From an uncultured Prevotellaceae bacterium (lineage in GTDB: Bacteria; Bacteroidota; Bacteroidia; Bacteroidales; Bacteroidaceae): DNA of 64,000 nt. The notes under the pieces are model-generated. The model did no database searches, had not been told where the DNA came from, and saw nothing but the letters and a program-made list of their open reading frames with translations. Position numbers and translations under genes: made by a program. Location of the stretch: contig CAMVUB010000002.1 of the NCBI GenBank assembly GCA_947170495.1, forward strand, positions 11,781 to 75,780, given 5' to 3'. Every line of letters starts with the position of its first letter. The first letter of the stretch is position 1. Below are positions 54,872 through 64,000 of this stretch, piece by piece.

Positions 54872-56770
54872 TTATTTCAGCGGTGCATAGCCAGTGCCCT
54901 TGCCCTCGTAGCCTGAGTTCTTGAAGTACTCCACGAAGTTCAGACGCAGCGGGTGTACGAAGGCCGAGATGGCCGAAAGCAGCAGGTTGAGGAGGTGGCC
55001 GATGACATAGATGAGCACGGCTCCCACAATGGCCACGCCACCGCTGGCGGCGACCATATCACCAATCTGGTTGAAGGCACTACCGAGCGCACCGCCTGCC
55101 AGGCAGAGGGCATAGAGGCGGACATAGGACAGGACATCGCCGAGCAGGCCGCTGGCCATATTGTACGTCTCGTAGAGACCGGCCAGGGGGTTGATGAGCA
55201 AGCCTTTGATCGGCGACGCTTTCATGCGCCCGATGTCGTTGAGGAAGTAGATGCCGATGGCACTGACGGCGCCGATGGCGATAATCGTCAGGCGGGTGGC
55301 GTCAGCTGACAGCGTGCCAACGAGGTATAAGGTACCGACGATGACACCGCCGATGAGCAACAGGTTCCAGGCCCATGTGCCGAGCGTGGCGGCGAGACCT
55401 TCCTTCTGCGTGTAGAGGAGGGCCTTGACCATCAGCGCTATGCACAGGTGCAGGACACCGATGAGGATGGCGCTCGCCATCTGGAAGGAATAGGTGGTGC
55501 CGGGGAAGTTGCCGCCCACGAACTCATAGTAGCTGTGCAGTGGACTGCCCTCGGGGGCGTAGTCCACGAGCGAGAGTCCAAAGAAGGTGCCCAGGGCCAA
55601 GCCCACGAGTGTGGTGGCAGCTCCGAGGGTGAAGACCATATCGCCGCAGCCGTGCAGCATCTCGCCCACGATGGGTGTCTTGCGCGCCTTACCGGCCATC
55701 TCCAGCATACCGTAGAGCATGATGATGAGACCGTAGCCGGCATCGCCCATACAGATGGCGAAGAAGAGCGTGAAGAAGGGTGCCACGATGGGTGTGGGAT
55801 CCCACTCGTTGTAGCTGGGGAAGCCATACATGCGTGTGAGTCGCTCGAACATGCGGTTGAAGCGGTTGTTGCGCAGCTTGATAGGCACATTGTCCGTGCT
55901 CACAGGATCACGCATCTCATAGTACGCCTCCTCGCTGGACAGGAAGCCTTTGATGGCGGCCTCCTCGCGCACGGGGAACCAGCCTTCCATGACGATGACG
56001 GTGTCCATGGCTGCGCGCTGTGTCAGCAGGGTGGCCTCCTCGCGTGCGATGGCGCTGTCGATGAGCTGCTCCAGGGCGCGGATATCGCCGATGCTGTTGG
56101 CAGCGATGTTGGCGCGTTCGGCTTCGAGCTTGGCCTTCTGGCTGACGACCCCTGCGAGCTCGTCCTCCACTTCCTTCAAGGATTTCTCAGGCAGCTTCAG
56201 GCTCTGTGCGGGGATGTCCTCGTTCTCCTGGCCGTCGATGTCGAAGGTGAGGAAATAGACGAACTTATGGTCGCGGTTCACCTCAAGGCCTGCATATTCA
56301 GGGAAGTTGGAGGCGAAGCGTGCGACTGATGCGATGCGGTAGTGCTCGTGAACGCCGGCCTTGTGCAGCGCTTCCATCGTCTCCTTGTTAATCTCACCCC
56401 ACGGGCGGAGTGCTTCAGCATCGCGCTCCAGGGCTGCGATCTGCGGGTTCAGGGCGAGCAGCGTGTTGCCGATCTCCTGTGTCCTGCGCACCAACTGCAT
56501 GGCCTTGGCAGACGCGATCGTGTCTGTCATGCCGGCATCGCCCAGCGGCACCATGTCGAGGATCACGCCCGAGAGTTTCTGCAGGGTGCTGAGGACCTCG
56601 GTGACATCAGCCTTTTGGCGGCGCAACTCGCGCAGCGTGGCCGGCTCGGCCAGCGTCTGGTCGCCGGACTTCTGGATATGCATCACGCCCAAGGCCTGAA
56701 GGTCGCGCAGGAAACGTTCGTAGTCCTTGTGATAGACCAGGAACGTGAGTTTCTTCATTTTCTCAATCAT
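54872..56770 (-). CDS. V-type ATPase subunit I (a-type stator)
   Basis: 632 aa with a soluble coiled N-terminal half and a polytopic C-terminal half containing VLSYVRLYAL. Confidence 0.85.
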   Translation of the reverse strand: MIEKMKKLTFLVYHKDYERFLRDLQALGVMHIQKSGDQTLAEPATLRELRRQKADVTEVLSTLQKLSGVILDMVPLGDAGMTDTIASAKAMQLVRRTQEIGNTLLALNPQIAALERDAEALRPWGEINKETMEALHKAGVHEHYRIASVARFASNFPEYAGLEVNRDHKFVYFLTFDIDGQENEDIPAQSLKLPEKSLKEVEDELAGVVSQKAKLEAERANIAANSIGDIRALEQLIDSAIAREEATLLTQRAAMDTVIVMEGWFPVREEAAIKGFLSSEEAYYEMRDPVSTDNVPIKLRNNRFNRMFERLTRMYGFPSYNEWDPTPIVAPFFTLFFAICMGDAGYGLIIMLYGMLEMAGKARKTPIVGEMLHGCGDMVFTLGAATTLVGLALGTFFGLSLVDYAPEGSPLHSYYEFVGGNFPGTTYSFQMASAILIGVLHLCIALMVKALLYTQKEGLAATLGTWAWNLLLIGGVIVGTLYLVGTLSADATRLTIIAIGAVSAIGIYFLNDIGRMKASPIKGLLINPLAGLYETYNMASGLLGDVLSYVRLYALCLAGGALGSAFNQIGDMVAASGGVAIVGAVLIYVIGHLLNLLLSAISAFVHPLRLNFVEYFKNSGYEGKGTGYAPLK

Positions 56771-57423
56771 GCGGTGCCTCCTTTCTTTTCGCCGTCGGGA
56801 GAACCGGCGGACGCAACGTCCTCTTCGTCCTGCTTCCGTTTCTCCTGCAGGGACTTGAGGATCTTCTGACTGGACTTGGAGAGGTTCTCCTCGTCCTCCA
56901 TGAATCGCTTGATCTTTCGCACCGCCTCCTGGAAGCCCGGGATCTGCACCTTCTCGAAGAGATTCACCTTCTGGGTGGTCTTCTTGCGTGCGTGGTCCAG
57001 CAGACTGGTCTTGGCTTCCACGAATTCGTGCTCAACAGCTGTCTTAGCCAGGCCCTGCAAGAGGTTGATACCATCGAAGTACCATTTCGGGGCGCTGAAC
57101 AGGCCAAAGGGCTGCACCGAGAGACGTATGTTGGCGAGAACGGGTACGCGCACACCGGCGACCTTCTTCACCTCTATCTCCACGTCCTGCAGGCTCACCA
57201 GCGACGCATCGAATTCGCCCCAAAGGGCGTACATCGATTCGTAGCCGGCGATCTGCTCTTGCAGCTTGCGTTCGAGCGCCTCGGCCTCTTCCTTGCAGCG
57301 CTTCACCTCAAGGCGCAGGGCCGTCTCCTTATTCTTGATGATAGGGAGCGTGCGCTGTCGCATCTTGAGTTGCTTCTCAATCTGTTGGAGCGATGTCTTA
57401 TTGTATTGAAATTTGATTGCCAT
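56767..57423 (-). CDS. V-type ATPase subunit D
   Basis: MAIKFQYNKTSLQQIEKQLKMRQRTLPIIKNKE..., a coiled-coil central stalk. First ATG is at 57423. Confidence 0.8.
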   Translation of the reverse strand: MAIKFQYNKTSLQQIEKQLKMRQRTLPIIKNKETALRLEVKRCKEEAEALERKLQEQIAGYESMYALWGEFDASLVSLQDVEIEVKKVAGVRVPVLANIRLSVQPFGLFSAPKWYFDGINLLQGLAKTAVEHEFVEAKTSLLDHARKKTTQKVNLFEKVQIPGFQEAVRKIKRFMEDEENLSKSSQKILKSLQEKRKQDEEDVASAGSPDGEKKGGTA

Positions 57424-57543
57424 AATTTGCACGGACTTTGTCCGTAGTTTAATGTTGAATGTTTAATGTTTAACGATTAAAGCGGTTTTCCGTAGGTCTT
57501 TAAACTTTAAACTTTAAACCTTAAACTTCGCGCAGAGCGCGAG

Positions 57544-58866
57544 CTACTTCCAATAGATATCGGTAAACTCCTTCTTGATGTTGACCTCTTCGAGCTTGAA
57601 GTACTTGCGGAACAGGCCCCAGGTGACGTCGAGCATCTCGGTGGTATCGACGTTGACGTCGATGGCGAGGATGGACGTGGCGTACTCCTTGGCGAAGTCG
57701 AGGCAGCGGTTGTCGTAGTCGGTGAGGTCGAAGCCGTTCTCCAGCTTGGTCTTGGCGTTGGCAGCGTCGGAGTACAGACGGATGGCGGCGTTCATGACCT
57801 GCGAGTGGTCCTTGCGGGTCTTCTTACCGGCCACGAGCTGCTTCAGACGTGACAGCGAGCGGAAGGGATCGACGATGACCTTACCCACATCGGAGTCGCG
57901 GCGCAGGTAGAGCTGACCCTCGGTGATGTAACCCGTGTTATCGGGCACGGCATGCGTGATGTCGCCGCCGGAGAGGGTGGTCACCGCGATGATGGTGATG
58001 GAGCCGCCGCCAGCCTCCTCGGGGAACTGCACAGCCTTCTCGTAGATCTTCGCCAGGTCAGAATAGAGGGAGCCAGGCATAGAGTCCTTCGAGGGAATCT
58101 GGTCCATACGGTTGCTGACGATGGAGAGGGAGTCGGCATAGGAGGTCATGTCGGTCAAGAGAACGAGCACCGTCTCATGCTTCTCCACAGCGAAGTACTC
58201 GGCAGCCGTCAGCGCCATATCGGGGATGAGCAGACGCTCCACGGCGGGGTCCTCGGTGGTGTTCATGAACGAGATGATACGGTCGAGCGCACCGGCCTCG
58301 GAGAAGGTGTTCTTGAAGTAGTAGTAGTCGTCGTTGGTCATACCCATACCGCCAAGGATGATTTTATCGACCTTGGCGCGCAGGGCCACCATGGCCATCA
58401 CCTCATTAAAAGGCTGGTCGGGGTCTGCGAAGAACGGGATCTTCTGACCGGAGACGAGGGTGTTGTTCAGGTCGATACCGGCGATACCGGTGGCGATGAG
58501 CTCACTGGGCTGTTTGCGGCGCACGGGGTTCACGCAGGGACCGCCAATGGGCACTTCCTTGCCTTCGATGGCGGGACCGCCGTCGATGGGCTGTCCGTAG
58601 GCATTGAAGAAACGGCCTGCGAGCTGCTCGCTGACCTTCAGTGAGGGCGCATGGCCGAGGAAGACTACTTCGGCGTTGGTGGGGATGCCACTCGTGCCTT
58701 CGAACACCTGCAGCGTCACGTTGTCGCCCATAATCTTCACCACCTGTGCGAGCTTGCCGTCGATGGTGGCCAGTTCGTCATAGCCTACGCCTGTTGCCTT
58801 GAGCGAGCAGGTGGCCTTCGTGATCTGGCTGATCTTTGTGTATATCTTTTGAAAAGCTTGTGCCAT
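57544..58866 (-). CDS. V-type ATPase subunit B
   Basis: 440 aa non-catalytic nucleotide-binding subunit. Confidence 0.9.
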   Translation of the reverse strand: MAQAFQKIYTKISQITKATCSLKATGVGYDELATIDGKLAQVVKIMGDNVTLQVFEGTSGIPTNAEVVFLGHAPSLKVSEQLAGRFFNAYGQPIDGGPAIEGKEVPIGGPCVNPVRRKQPSELIATGIAGIDLNNTLVSGQKIPFFADPDQPFNEVMAMVALRAKVDKIILGGMGMTNDDYYYFKNTFSEAGALDRIISFMNTTEDPAVERLLIPDMALTAAEYFAVEKHETVLVLLTDMTSYADSLSIVSNRMDQIPSKDSMPGSLYSDLAKIYEKAVQFPEEAGGGSITIIAVTTLSGGDITHAVPDNTGYITEGQLYLRRDSDVGKVIVDPFRSLSRLKQLVAGKKTRKDHSQVMNAAIRLYSDAANAKTKLENGFDLTDYDNRCLDFAKEYATSILAIDVNVDTTEMLDVTWGLFRKYFKLEEVNIKKEFTDIYWK

Positions 58867-58872
58867 AGTTGT

Positions 58873-60612
58873 TTACTTGATGAATTCTTCTATCTGCTTC
58901 TTGAAGTCGTAGTACTGCTCGCTCTTGAACTGGCTGTAGTTCCACTGCTTGCAGAGGTTGATGAGCTTGCGGAAATAGTCTGTGGCATCCTGGAACTTGT
59001 CGAACTTGAAATCGTGCTCGCAGATGGCTGTCACCAGATTCAGGATCTCCTCCTGACGCTCGATGGGCGTCACGGCATCGACCTCGTCGAAGGCATCCTG
59101 CTGGAGCACGACATAGTCGATGATCTCGGACTTCCAGAACGTCACGTGGTAATCCACAGGCACGCCGTCGTCACCGAGGATGTTGATCTGCTCGGCAATC
59201 TCCTTTCCGCGCTGCATACGGGTCTTCAGGTTCAGCACCTTGGGAATCCACTCCTCGTTGATGTGCTCCTTAATATATTCCGCGAACTCGGGGTACTCCA
59301 GGTACTTGGAGTAGGAGTCGATGGGGTTCACAGCGGGGTAGCGCTTCTTGTCGGCGCGGTCCTGCTCAAGGGCGTAGAAGCAGCGGGCCACCTTCTTGGT
59401 GTTCTCCGTGACGGGCTCCTTGAGGTTACCGCCGGCAGGCGACACCGTACCAATGAAGGTGATGCTGCCCACCTCGCCGTTGTTGAGATATACGTAGCCG
59501 GCGCGACCGTAGAAGTTGGAGATCAAGGCGGAGAGGTCCATGGGGAAGGCGTCGGGACCGGGGAGCTCCTCCATGCGGTTGGACATCTCGCGCAGTGCCT
59601 GTGCCCAGCGGCTGGTGGAGTCGGCCATCAGCAGCACGCGCAGACCCATCGAGCGATAGTACTCGGCCATCGTCATGGCAGTATAGACGGAAGCCTCACG
59701 CGCAGCGACAGGCATGTTCGAGGTGTTGGCGATGATGATGGTACGTTCCATCAGCTTGCGGCCCGTGTGGGGGTCTTCCAGCTCGGGGAACTCGGTGAAG
59801 ATCTCCACGACCTCGTTGGCACGCTCACCGCAGGCTGCGATGATCACGATGTCGGCCTCGGCCTGCTTGGAGATGGCGTGCTGCAGCACCGTCTTACCCG
59901 TGCCGAAAGGACCGGGGATGAAGCCCGTGCCGCCCTCCACGATGGGGTTGAAGGTGTCGATGGTGCGAACGCTGGTCTCCAGGAGCTTGAAGGGACGGGG
60001 CTTCTCGCGGTAGTTCGTCATAGCGAGCTTCACGGGCCAGTGCTGGATCATGTTGACGTTGAGGTCCGTGCCGTCCTCCAGGGTGAGGGTAGCGATGGTG
60101 TCTTCCACCTTGTACTGTCCGGCCTTGGCGATGGCCTTCACCGTTGCAGTGCCCTTCATCTGGAAGGGAACCATGATCTTCAGGGGCTGGTGGTTCTCCT
60201 CGACCTTGCCGAGCCAGTCGCTGGCTGCGACCTTGTCGCCGACCTTCACGATGGGCTCGAAGTCCCAGAGGCGCTCGCGGTCGAGCGGATCGGTGTATTC
60301 ACCGCGCTTGAGGAAGACGCCCTCCATCTTGTCGAGGTCGTTCTGCAGACCGTCGAAGTTCTTGCTGAGCATGCCCGGTGCGAGCTGTACTTCCAGCATG
60401 TGGCCCGTGAACTCAGCCTTGGCGCCCACTTTGAGGCCACGTGTGCTTTCGAAGACTTGCACATAGACGTCCTGTCCGATGACCTTGATGACCTCAGCCA
60501 TCAGGCGGTCGCCGCCAGTGGTGATGTAGCATATCTCTCCTTGCTGCACAGGGCCGTCCACGCTGAGGGTGACCATGTTAGAGACTACGCCACTTACTTT
60601 TCCTTGTGTCAT
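58873..60612 (-). CDS. V-type ATPase catalytic subunit A
   Basis: 579 aa with Walker A GPFGTGKT. Confidence 0.9.
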   Translation of the reverse strand: MTQGKVSGVVSNMVTLSVDGPVQQGEICYITTGGDRLMAEVIKVIGQDVYVQVFESTRGLKVGAKAEFTGHMLEVQLAPGMLSKNFDGLQNDLDKMEGVFLKRGEYTDPLDRERLWDFEPIVKVGDKVAASDWLGKVEENHQPLKIMVPFQMKGTATVKAIAKAGQYKVEDTIATLTLEDGTDLNVNMIQHWPVKLAMTNYREKPRPFKLLETSVRTIDTFNPIVEGGTGFIPGPFGTGKTVLQHAISKQAEADIVIIAACGERANEVVEIFTEFPELEDPHTGRKLMERTIIIANTSNMPVAAREASVYTAMTMAEYYRSMGLRVLLMADSTSRWAQALREMSNRMEELPGPDAFPMDLSALISNFYGRAGYVYLNNGEVGSITFIGTVSPAGGNLKEPVTENTKKVARCFYALEQDRADKKRYPAVNPIDSYSKYLEYPEFAEYIKEHINEEWIPKVLNLKTRMQRGKEIAEQINILGDDGVPVDYHVTFWKSEIIDYVVLQQDAFDEVDAVTPIERQEEILNLVTAICEHDFKFDKFQDATDYFRKLINLCKQWNYSQFKSEQYYDFKKQIEEFIK

Positions 60613-60627
60613 AATATCTTTATGTAT

Positions 60628-61479
60628 TTATTTGTAATTCTTGGTGTATGTTCCTTCTTCCTTCTTGGGCATGTAAGCCGTGAACTCTGCAGGAACGGTT
60701 GCGTGTTGCCGCAAGTTCTCTATAATCTGACTAAAGCGTTGTCTGCCCTGTTCGGGATCCAGCCGCGCCCATCGCTCCAGGATGTCGGCCTTCAGGATGT
60801 ACGCGAACAGCGCGTTAATGTCGAAGGGCTCGAAGAAGGTCTCATCATCCATCCACAGCCACTTCAGCGCATCAATGCGGCGCTCCTTCTGCACGGGGTC
60901 GCTGTCCTTGGCGATGTCCTGCAACTGCGACATCAGGTCCTTGTCCACCTCCGTGGGGTCGTAGTCATACGTGTATTGCTCCACAGCCCATCCCTGTCGC
61001 TCGCACAGCAGCGCCGTCAGCGTGTTGGCGATGTCCAGGCTGAGCTCAGCCCAGCGGCGCACGAAACCCGTGCCGTGCTGCTTCAGGTATTTCCAGTAGC
61101 GCACCATCAAGCGGTCTTCGGGGAAATAGCCAGCCTCGCTCTTGCGCTCATAGTACTCGCGCACGAAGTCAGCCATGAAAGCCGGGTAGCGGCTGTCATC
61201 CTCATAGACCTCCTCCAGGGCGTCGGCGATGAGCTCCTGCAGCTCTGCCTTGTCCCAGTTTCCGGCGTAGGGCAGCTCTGCGAGGTTGTCGTCGAGGAGC
61301 GTGATGAGGTTCCGGCAGTCGCCCATGAGGAAGAACATCTCCACCTGCCGACGGTCTCCCTTCTCCATATCGTCCTGCTCCAGGATCTGCTGCTGCAGCT
61401 CTTGGACAGAGGGTGCCGTCTCCAGGGAGTCCAACTTCAGGTCGGGCAGTCCGGAAAGTAAAAAATAGTAATTAGCCAT
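60628..61479 (-). CDS. DUF2764-family protein (occupies the subunit C slot of Bacteroidota V-ATPase operons)
   Basis: MANYYFLLSGLPDL... Lies between E and A. Confidence 0.65.
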   Translation of the reverse strand: MANYYFLLSGLPDLKLDSLETAPSVQELQQQILEQDDMEKGDRRQVEMFFLMGDCRNLITLLDDNLAELPYAGNWDKAELQELIADALEEVYEDDSRYPAFMADFVREYYERKSEAGYFPEDRLMVRYWKYLKQHGTGFVRRWAELSLDIANTLTALLCERQGWAVEQYTYDYDPTEVDKDLMSQLQDIAKDSDPVQKERRIDALKWLWMDDETFFEPFDINALFAYILKADILERWARLDPEQGRQRFSQIIENLRQHATVPAEFTAYMPKKEEGTYTKNYK

Positions 61480-61484
61480 ACAAA

Positions 61485-62072
61485 TCAGAAGAGCATCTCC
61501 ACGAGCTGTGGACGCAGGAATGTTTTAAAGTAGGCTTCGAATTCCTCTTTGCCGAACTGCACCTTGTAGCTGCCATCGGCGGGTTGGATGACAAACAGCA
61601 CATCCTGACCATTGACCTTCTCAATCTTCAGACCTTTGTCCAACAGCGCCTTGGCATTCTTCATGAAGAAAGCCTTCAGGCCTTCGGCATCCTTGGCGCT
61701 GATGACGGCGGGTGCATCGCCCTGCCATTTTTCTGCCAGCGTGACGGCGAACTTGCCTAGGAAGTCCTTGTCGGCGGTGAGCTTTTCAACCTCTGTGCTC
61801 ACGGTGCTGTTCGTCAGCACGTTGGCAATCTCGCTCTTCAGCGCGTTCAGCGCCTGAGCCGTGTACAGCTTCAGCTCGCTCTTGGTGTTCTGCTCCAGTT
61901 CGGTAGCATCTTTCTTAGCTTTCGCAGCGATGGCCTCGGCCTGTGCCTTGGCATCAGCAACAATCTTGGCAGCCTGCTCCTTGGCCTGCGCTACAATCTG
62001 CGCAGCCTCGGCCTGCCCTTTCTCAACACCTTCGCGAAGAATCTTGTCGGTGAGTTCTTGAATTTTTTCCAT
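61485..62072 (-). CDS. V-type ATPase subunit E
   Basis: Start moved to ATG 62072 (MEKIQELTDKILREGVEKGQAEAAQIV...), with an Ala/Lys/Glu-rich stalk helix. Confidence 0.75.
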   Translation of the reverse strand: MEKIQELTDKILREGVEKGQAEAAQIVAQAKEQAAKIVADAKAQAEAIAAKAKKDATELEQNTKSELKLYTAQALNALKSEIANVLTNSTVSTEVEKLTADKDFLGKFAVTLAEKWQGDAPAVISAKDAEGLKAFFMKNAKALLDKGLKIEKVNGQDVLFVIQPADGSYKVQFGKEEFEAYFKTFLRPQLVEMLF

Positions 62073-62115
62073 GTAAAAAGACGTCTTTTTATAGTTATTT
62101 TTGAGTTTTCGCGCG

Positions 62116-62123
62116 CAAAAGTA
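62116..62123 (-). promoter_or_regulatory. -7 box TACTTTTG for V-ATPase operon
   Basis: 43 nt upstream of ATG 62072. Confidence 0.5.
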
Positions 62124-62169
62124 GTCATTATTTGCTGCATGACAAAATAAAAGGGGCAAAAGATGGCGT

Positions 62170-62194
62170 GCGTTAGAGTAATCTAACGCTTTTT
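62170..62194 (+). terminator. Plus-strand Rho-independent terminator-like hairpin in V-ATPase upstream region
   Basis: GCGTTAGA-GTAA-TCTAACGC followed by TTTTT. Confidence 0.5.
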
Positions 62195-62338
62195 CACAAA
62201 AAAACAAGCAGCGATCCTCACGGACCACCGCTTTACAAAATCATTTACCTTATAAACTAACTAACTAAATCTTTGCTTTTTCTATGAATGGAAAACAGTT
62301 TCGCGCTTCACAGTGCCTTTTGTTTCCTTTTTGCGGTG

Positions 62339-62346
62339 CAAAGGTA
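62339..62346 (-). promoter_or_regulatory. Second, distal -7 box TACCTTTG upstream of V-ATPase operon
   Basis: TAnnTTTG followed by the GC-rich CACCGC seen at the other promoters. Confidence 0.4.
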
Positions 62347-62363
62347 CGGCGACTTGACGAAAC

Positions 62364-62403
62364 AACCGCGATTTCCATGTCGCAAAACATAAAAATCGCG
62401 GTT
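62364..62403 (-). terminator. Hairpin downstream of metG
   Basis: AACCGCGATTT-N18-AAATCGCGGTT, an 11-bp stem with a weak T-tract. Confidence 0.5.
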
Positions 62404-62423
62404 TTCCTTGACTTTTATCAAGT

Positions 62424-64000
62424 CTATCCCACTTGACTTCCGGGCTTCACGTCCTTCGTGGTCGTCACCACGCTGAGGCTTTCGTCGAAATCTACGGCTG
62501 ACAGGATCATGCCCTGGCTCTCGATGCCCATCATCTGGCGCGGCTCGAAGTTGGCCACGAAAAGGATGCGCTTGCCGATGAGCGCCGACGGGTCCTCATA
62601 GAAGGCGGCAATGCCCGAGAGGATGGTGCGGTCTGTGCCTGTGCCGTCGTCGATGGTGAACTGCAGGAGCTTCTTGCTCTTCTTCACCTTCTGGCAGTCC
62701 TTGATGAGTCCCACGCGGATGTCGAGCTTCTCGAACGTCTCGAAGCTGACGTTGGGCTTCACGGGAGCGGCCTGATAGCTGGCGGCCTCGTTCTCCTTCT
62801 TGATGCGTGCCAGGCGGTCCATCTGTGCCTGGATGGCCTCATCCTCGATCTTCTCGAAGAGCAACTCGGGCTTCGCCAGCTGGTGGCCAGCCTTCAGCAG
62901 CGCCGTGCTGCCGAGGTTGTCCCATCCCAGCGCCTCCACATTGAGCATTCCATACAGCTTCTTCGAAGAGAACGGAAGGAAGGGCTCGAAGGCGATGGCC
63001 AGGTTGGCGGTCAGCTGGAGGGATATGTTGATGATGGTCTTCACGCGCTCGGGGTCGGTCTTGATGACCTTCCAGGGCTCGCTGTCGGCCAGGTATTTGT
63101 TGCCGATGCGCGCCAGGTTCATGGCTTCCTTCTGCGCGTCGCGGAACTTGAAGTTGTCGAGCAAGGCTTCCACCTTGGCCTTCACATCGGTGAACTCGGC
63201 AATCGTCTGGCGGTCGAAATCGGTGAGCTCGCCACAGGCGGGCACCACGCCGTCGTAGTATTTCTGCGTCAGCTGCAGGGCGCGGTTCACGAAGTTGCCA
63301 TAGACGGCCACCAGCTCGTTGTTGTTGCGTGCCTGGAACTCAGCCCATGTGAAGTCGTTGTCCTTCGTCTCGGGTGCCGAGGCGGTGAGGGCATAGCGCA
63401 GCACATCCTGCTTGCCGGGGAAATCTACCAGGTACTCGTGCAACCAGACAGCCCAGTTGCGGGAGGTAGAGATTTTGTCACCTTCAAGGTTCAGGAACTC
63501 GTTGGCCGGCACGTTGTCGGGCATGATATATCCGCCGTGCGCCTTCATCATCACGGGGAAGATGATGCAGTGGAACACGATGTTGTCTTTGCCGATGAAA
63601 TGGACTAAACGCGTCTCCTCGTCCTGCCACCAGCGCTGCCATGTGCCCCAGCGTTCGGGGTTGCTCTCGCACAGCTCCTTGGTGTTGGAGATATAGCCGA
63701 TGGGCGCGTCGAACCACACATAGAGCACCTTGCCCTCAGCGCCTTCCACCGGCACGGGGATACCCCAGTCCAGGTCGCGCGTCATCGCACGCGGCTGCAG
63801 CTCCATGTCGAGCCACGACTTGCACTGGCCATAGACGTTGGAGCGCCATTCCTTGTGGCCCTCGAGGATCCACTCCTTGAGCCAGCCCTCGTAGTCGTTG
63901 AGGGGCAGGAACCAGTTCGTGGTGTCCTTCAGGATGAGCTTGGCACCGCTCTCCTTCGAGCGCGGGTTGATGAGCTCCGTGGGGTCAAGGTCGCGACCGC
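62424..64000 (-). CDS. metG: Methionine--tRNA ligase, C-terminal ~525 codons; gene continues past window end
   Basis: [18 protein letters not shown], an anticodon-binding region and a C-terminal EMAP/Trbp111-like domain. The reading frame stays open upstream of the track's Met (63806) to the window edge. Confidence 0.9.
   Translation of the reverse strand, partial: GRDLDPTELINPRSKESGAKLILKDTTNWFLPLNDYEGWLKEWILEGHKEWRSNVYGQCKSWLDMELQPRAMTRDLDWGIPVPVEGAEGKVLYVWFDAPIGYISNTKELCESNPERWGTWQRWWQDEETRLVHFIGKDNIVFHCIIFPVMMKAHGGYIMPDNVPANEFLNLEGDKISTSRNWAVWLHEYLVDFPGKQDVLRYALTASAPETKDNDFTWAEFQARNNNELVAVYGNFVNRALQLTQKYYDGVVPACGELTDFDRQTIAEFTDVKAKVEALLDNFKFRDAQKEAMNLARIGNKYLADSEPWKVIKTDPERVKTIINISLQLTANLAIAFEPFLPFSSKKLYGMLNVEALGWDNLGSTALLKAGHQLAKPELLFEKIEDEAIQAQMDRLARIKKENEAASYQAAPVKPNVSFETFEKLDIRVGLIKDCQKVKKSKKLLQFTIDDGTGTDRTILSGIAAFYEDPSALIGKRILFVANFEPRQMMGIESQGMILSAVDFDESLSVVTTTKDVKPGSQVG

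Noticed and set aside
58651-61461. A 936-aa plus-strand ORF, the longest in the window.
   Set aside because: It is antisense to V-ATPase A and the DUF2764 gene, both of which have clear motifs. Its L/V/G/H/D/A-rich composition, with no recognisable domain, is what an open antisense frame of GC3-rich genes looks like.

Overview
This is a 64-kb stretch of a GC-rich Bacteroidota chromosome, probably Prevotella/Segatella-like. That assignment is an inference from TAnnTTTG -7 promoter boxes ahead of most transcription units, T9SS C-terminal sorting domains, and Bacteroidota-type dcw and V-ATPase operons. Most of the window is core. It holds lpxH, a DUF59 gene and radC, a GT2 and a GH35 gene, class I fumarate hydratase, asd, a CPA2 antiporter, a lolD-like ATPase and a cvfB-like gene. 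It also holds gpmI, tcdA/ridA and a complete minus-strand dcw cluster running rsmH to ftsZ (43.1 to 27.9 kb) with no mraZ. Further along are an OlsA/OlsB-type lipid acyltransferase pair, parE, coaD, ctp, argH, pyrE, a 7-gene V-type ATPase operon and a partial metG. I found three tRNAs by eye (Met-CAT, Lys-TTT, Arg-CCT) and a 55-aa ferredoxin that the ORF track misses. The accessory content is an A/T-richer islet at 15.4-20.8 kb. It carries a BspA-like LRR/T9SS surface protein, a VirE/DUF3874-type P-loop protein and a truncated ORF6N gene, tied together by three copies of a ~140-bp repeat. The most unusual signal is repeat architecture at gene junctions. GC-rich inverted-repeat cassettes overlap or abut the upstream stop codon, carry the downstream ATG in their loop, and are translated in frame into the N-termini of parE, radC, coaD and a SusC-like receptor. 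An unrelated heptamer repeat has the same layout at the coaD/ctp junction. Degenerate 7-9-bp 'word' repeats fill most other spacers, and several give G-free leaders. A ~132-bp divergent-promoter module is duplicated at two unlinked loci. Two loci look functionally under-described: a surface-lipid/polymer cluster (22.9-27.7 kb) and a secreted Lys/Glu/Arg coiled-coil protein lying between two tRNAs. No CRISPR array, integrase, transposase or recognisable defence system was found. All calls rest on reading the sequence and on motif recognition; no searches were run.
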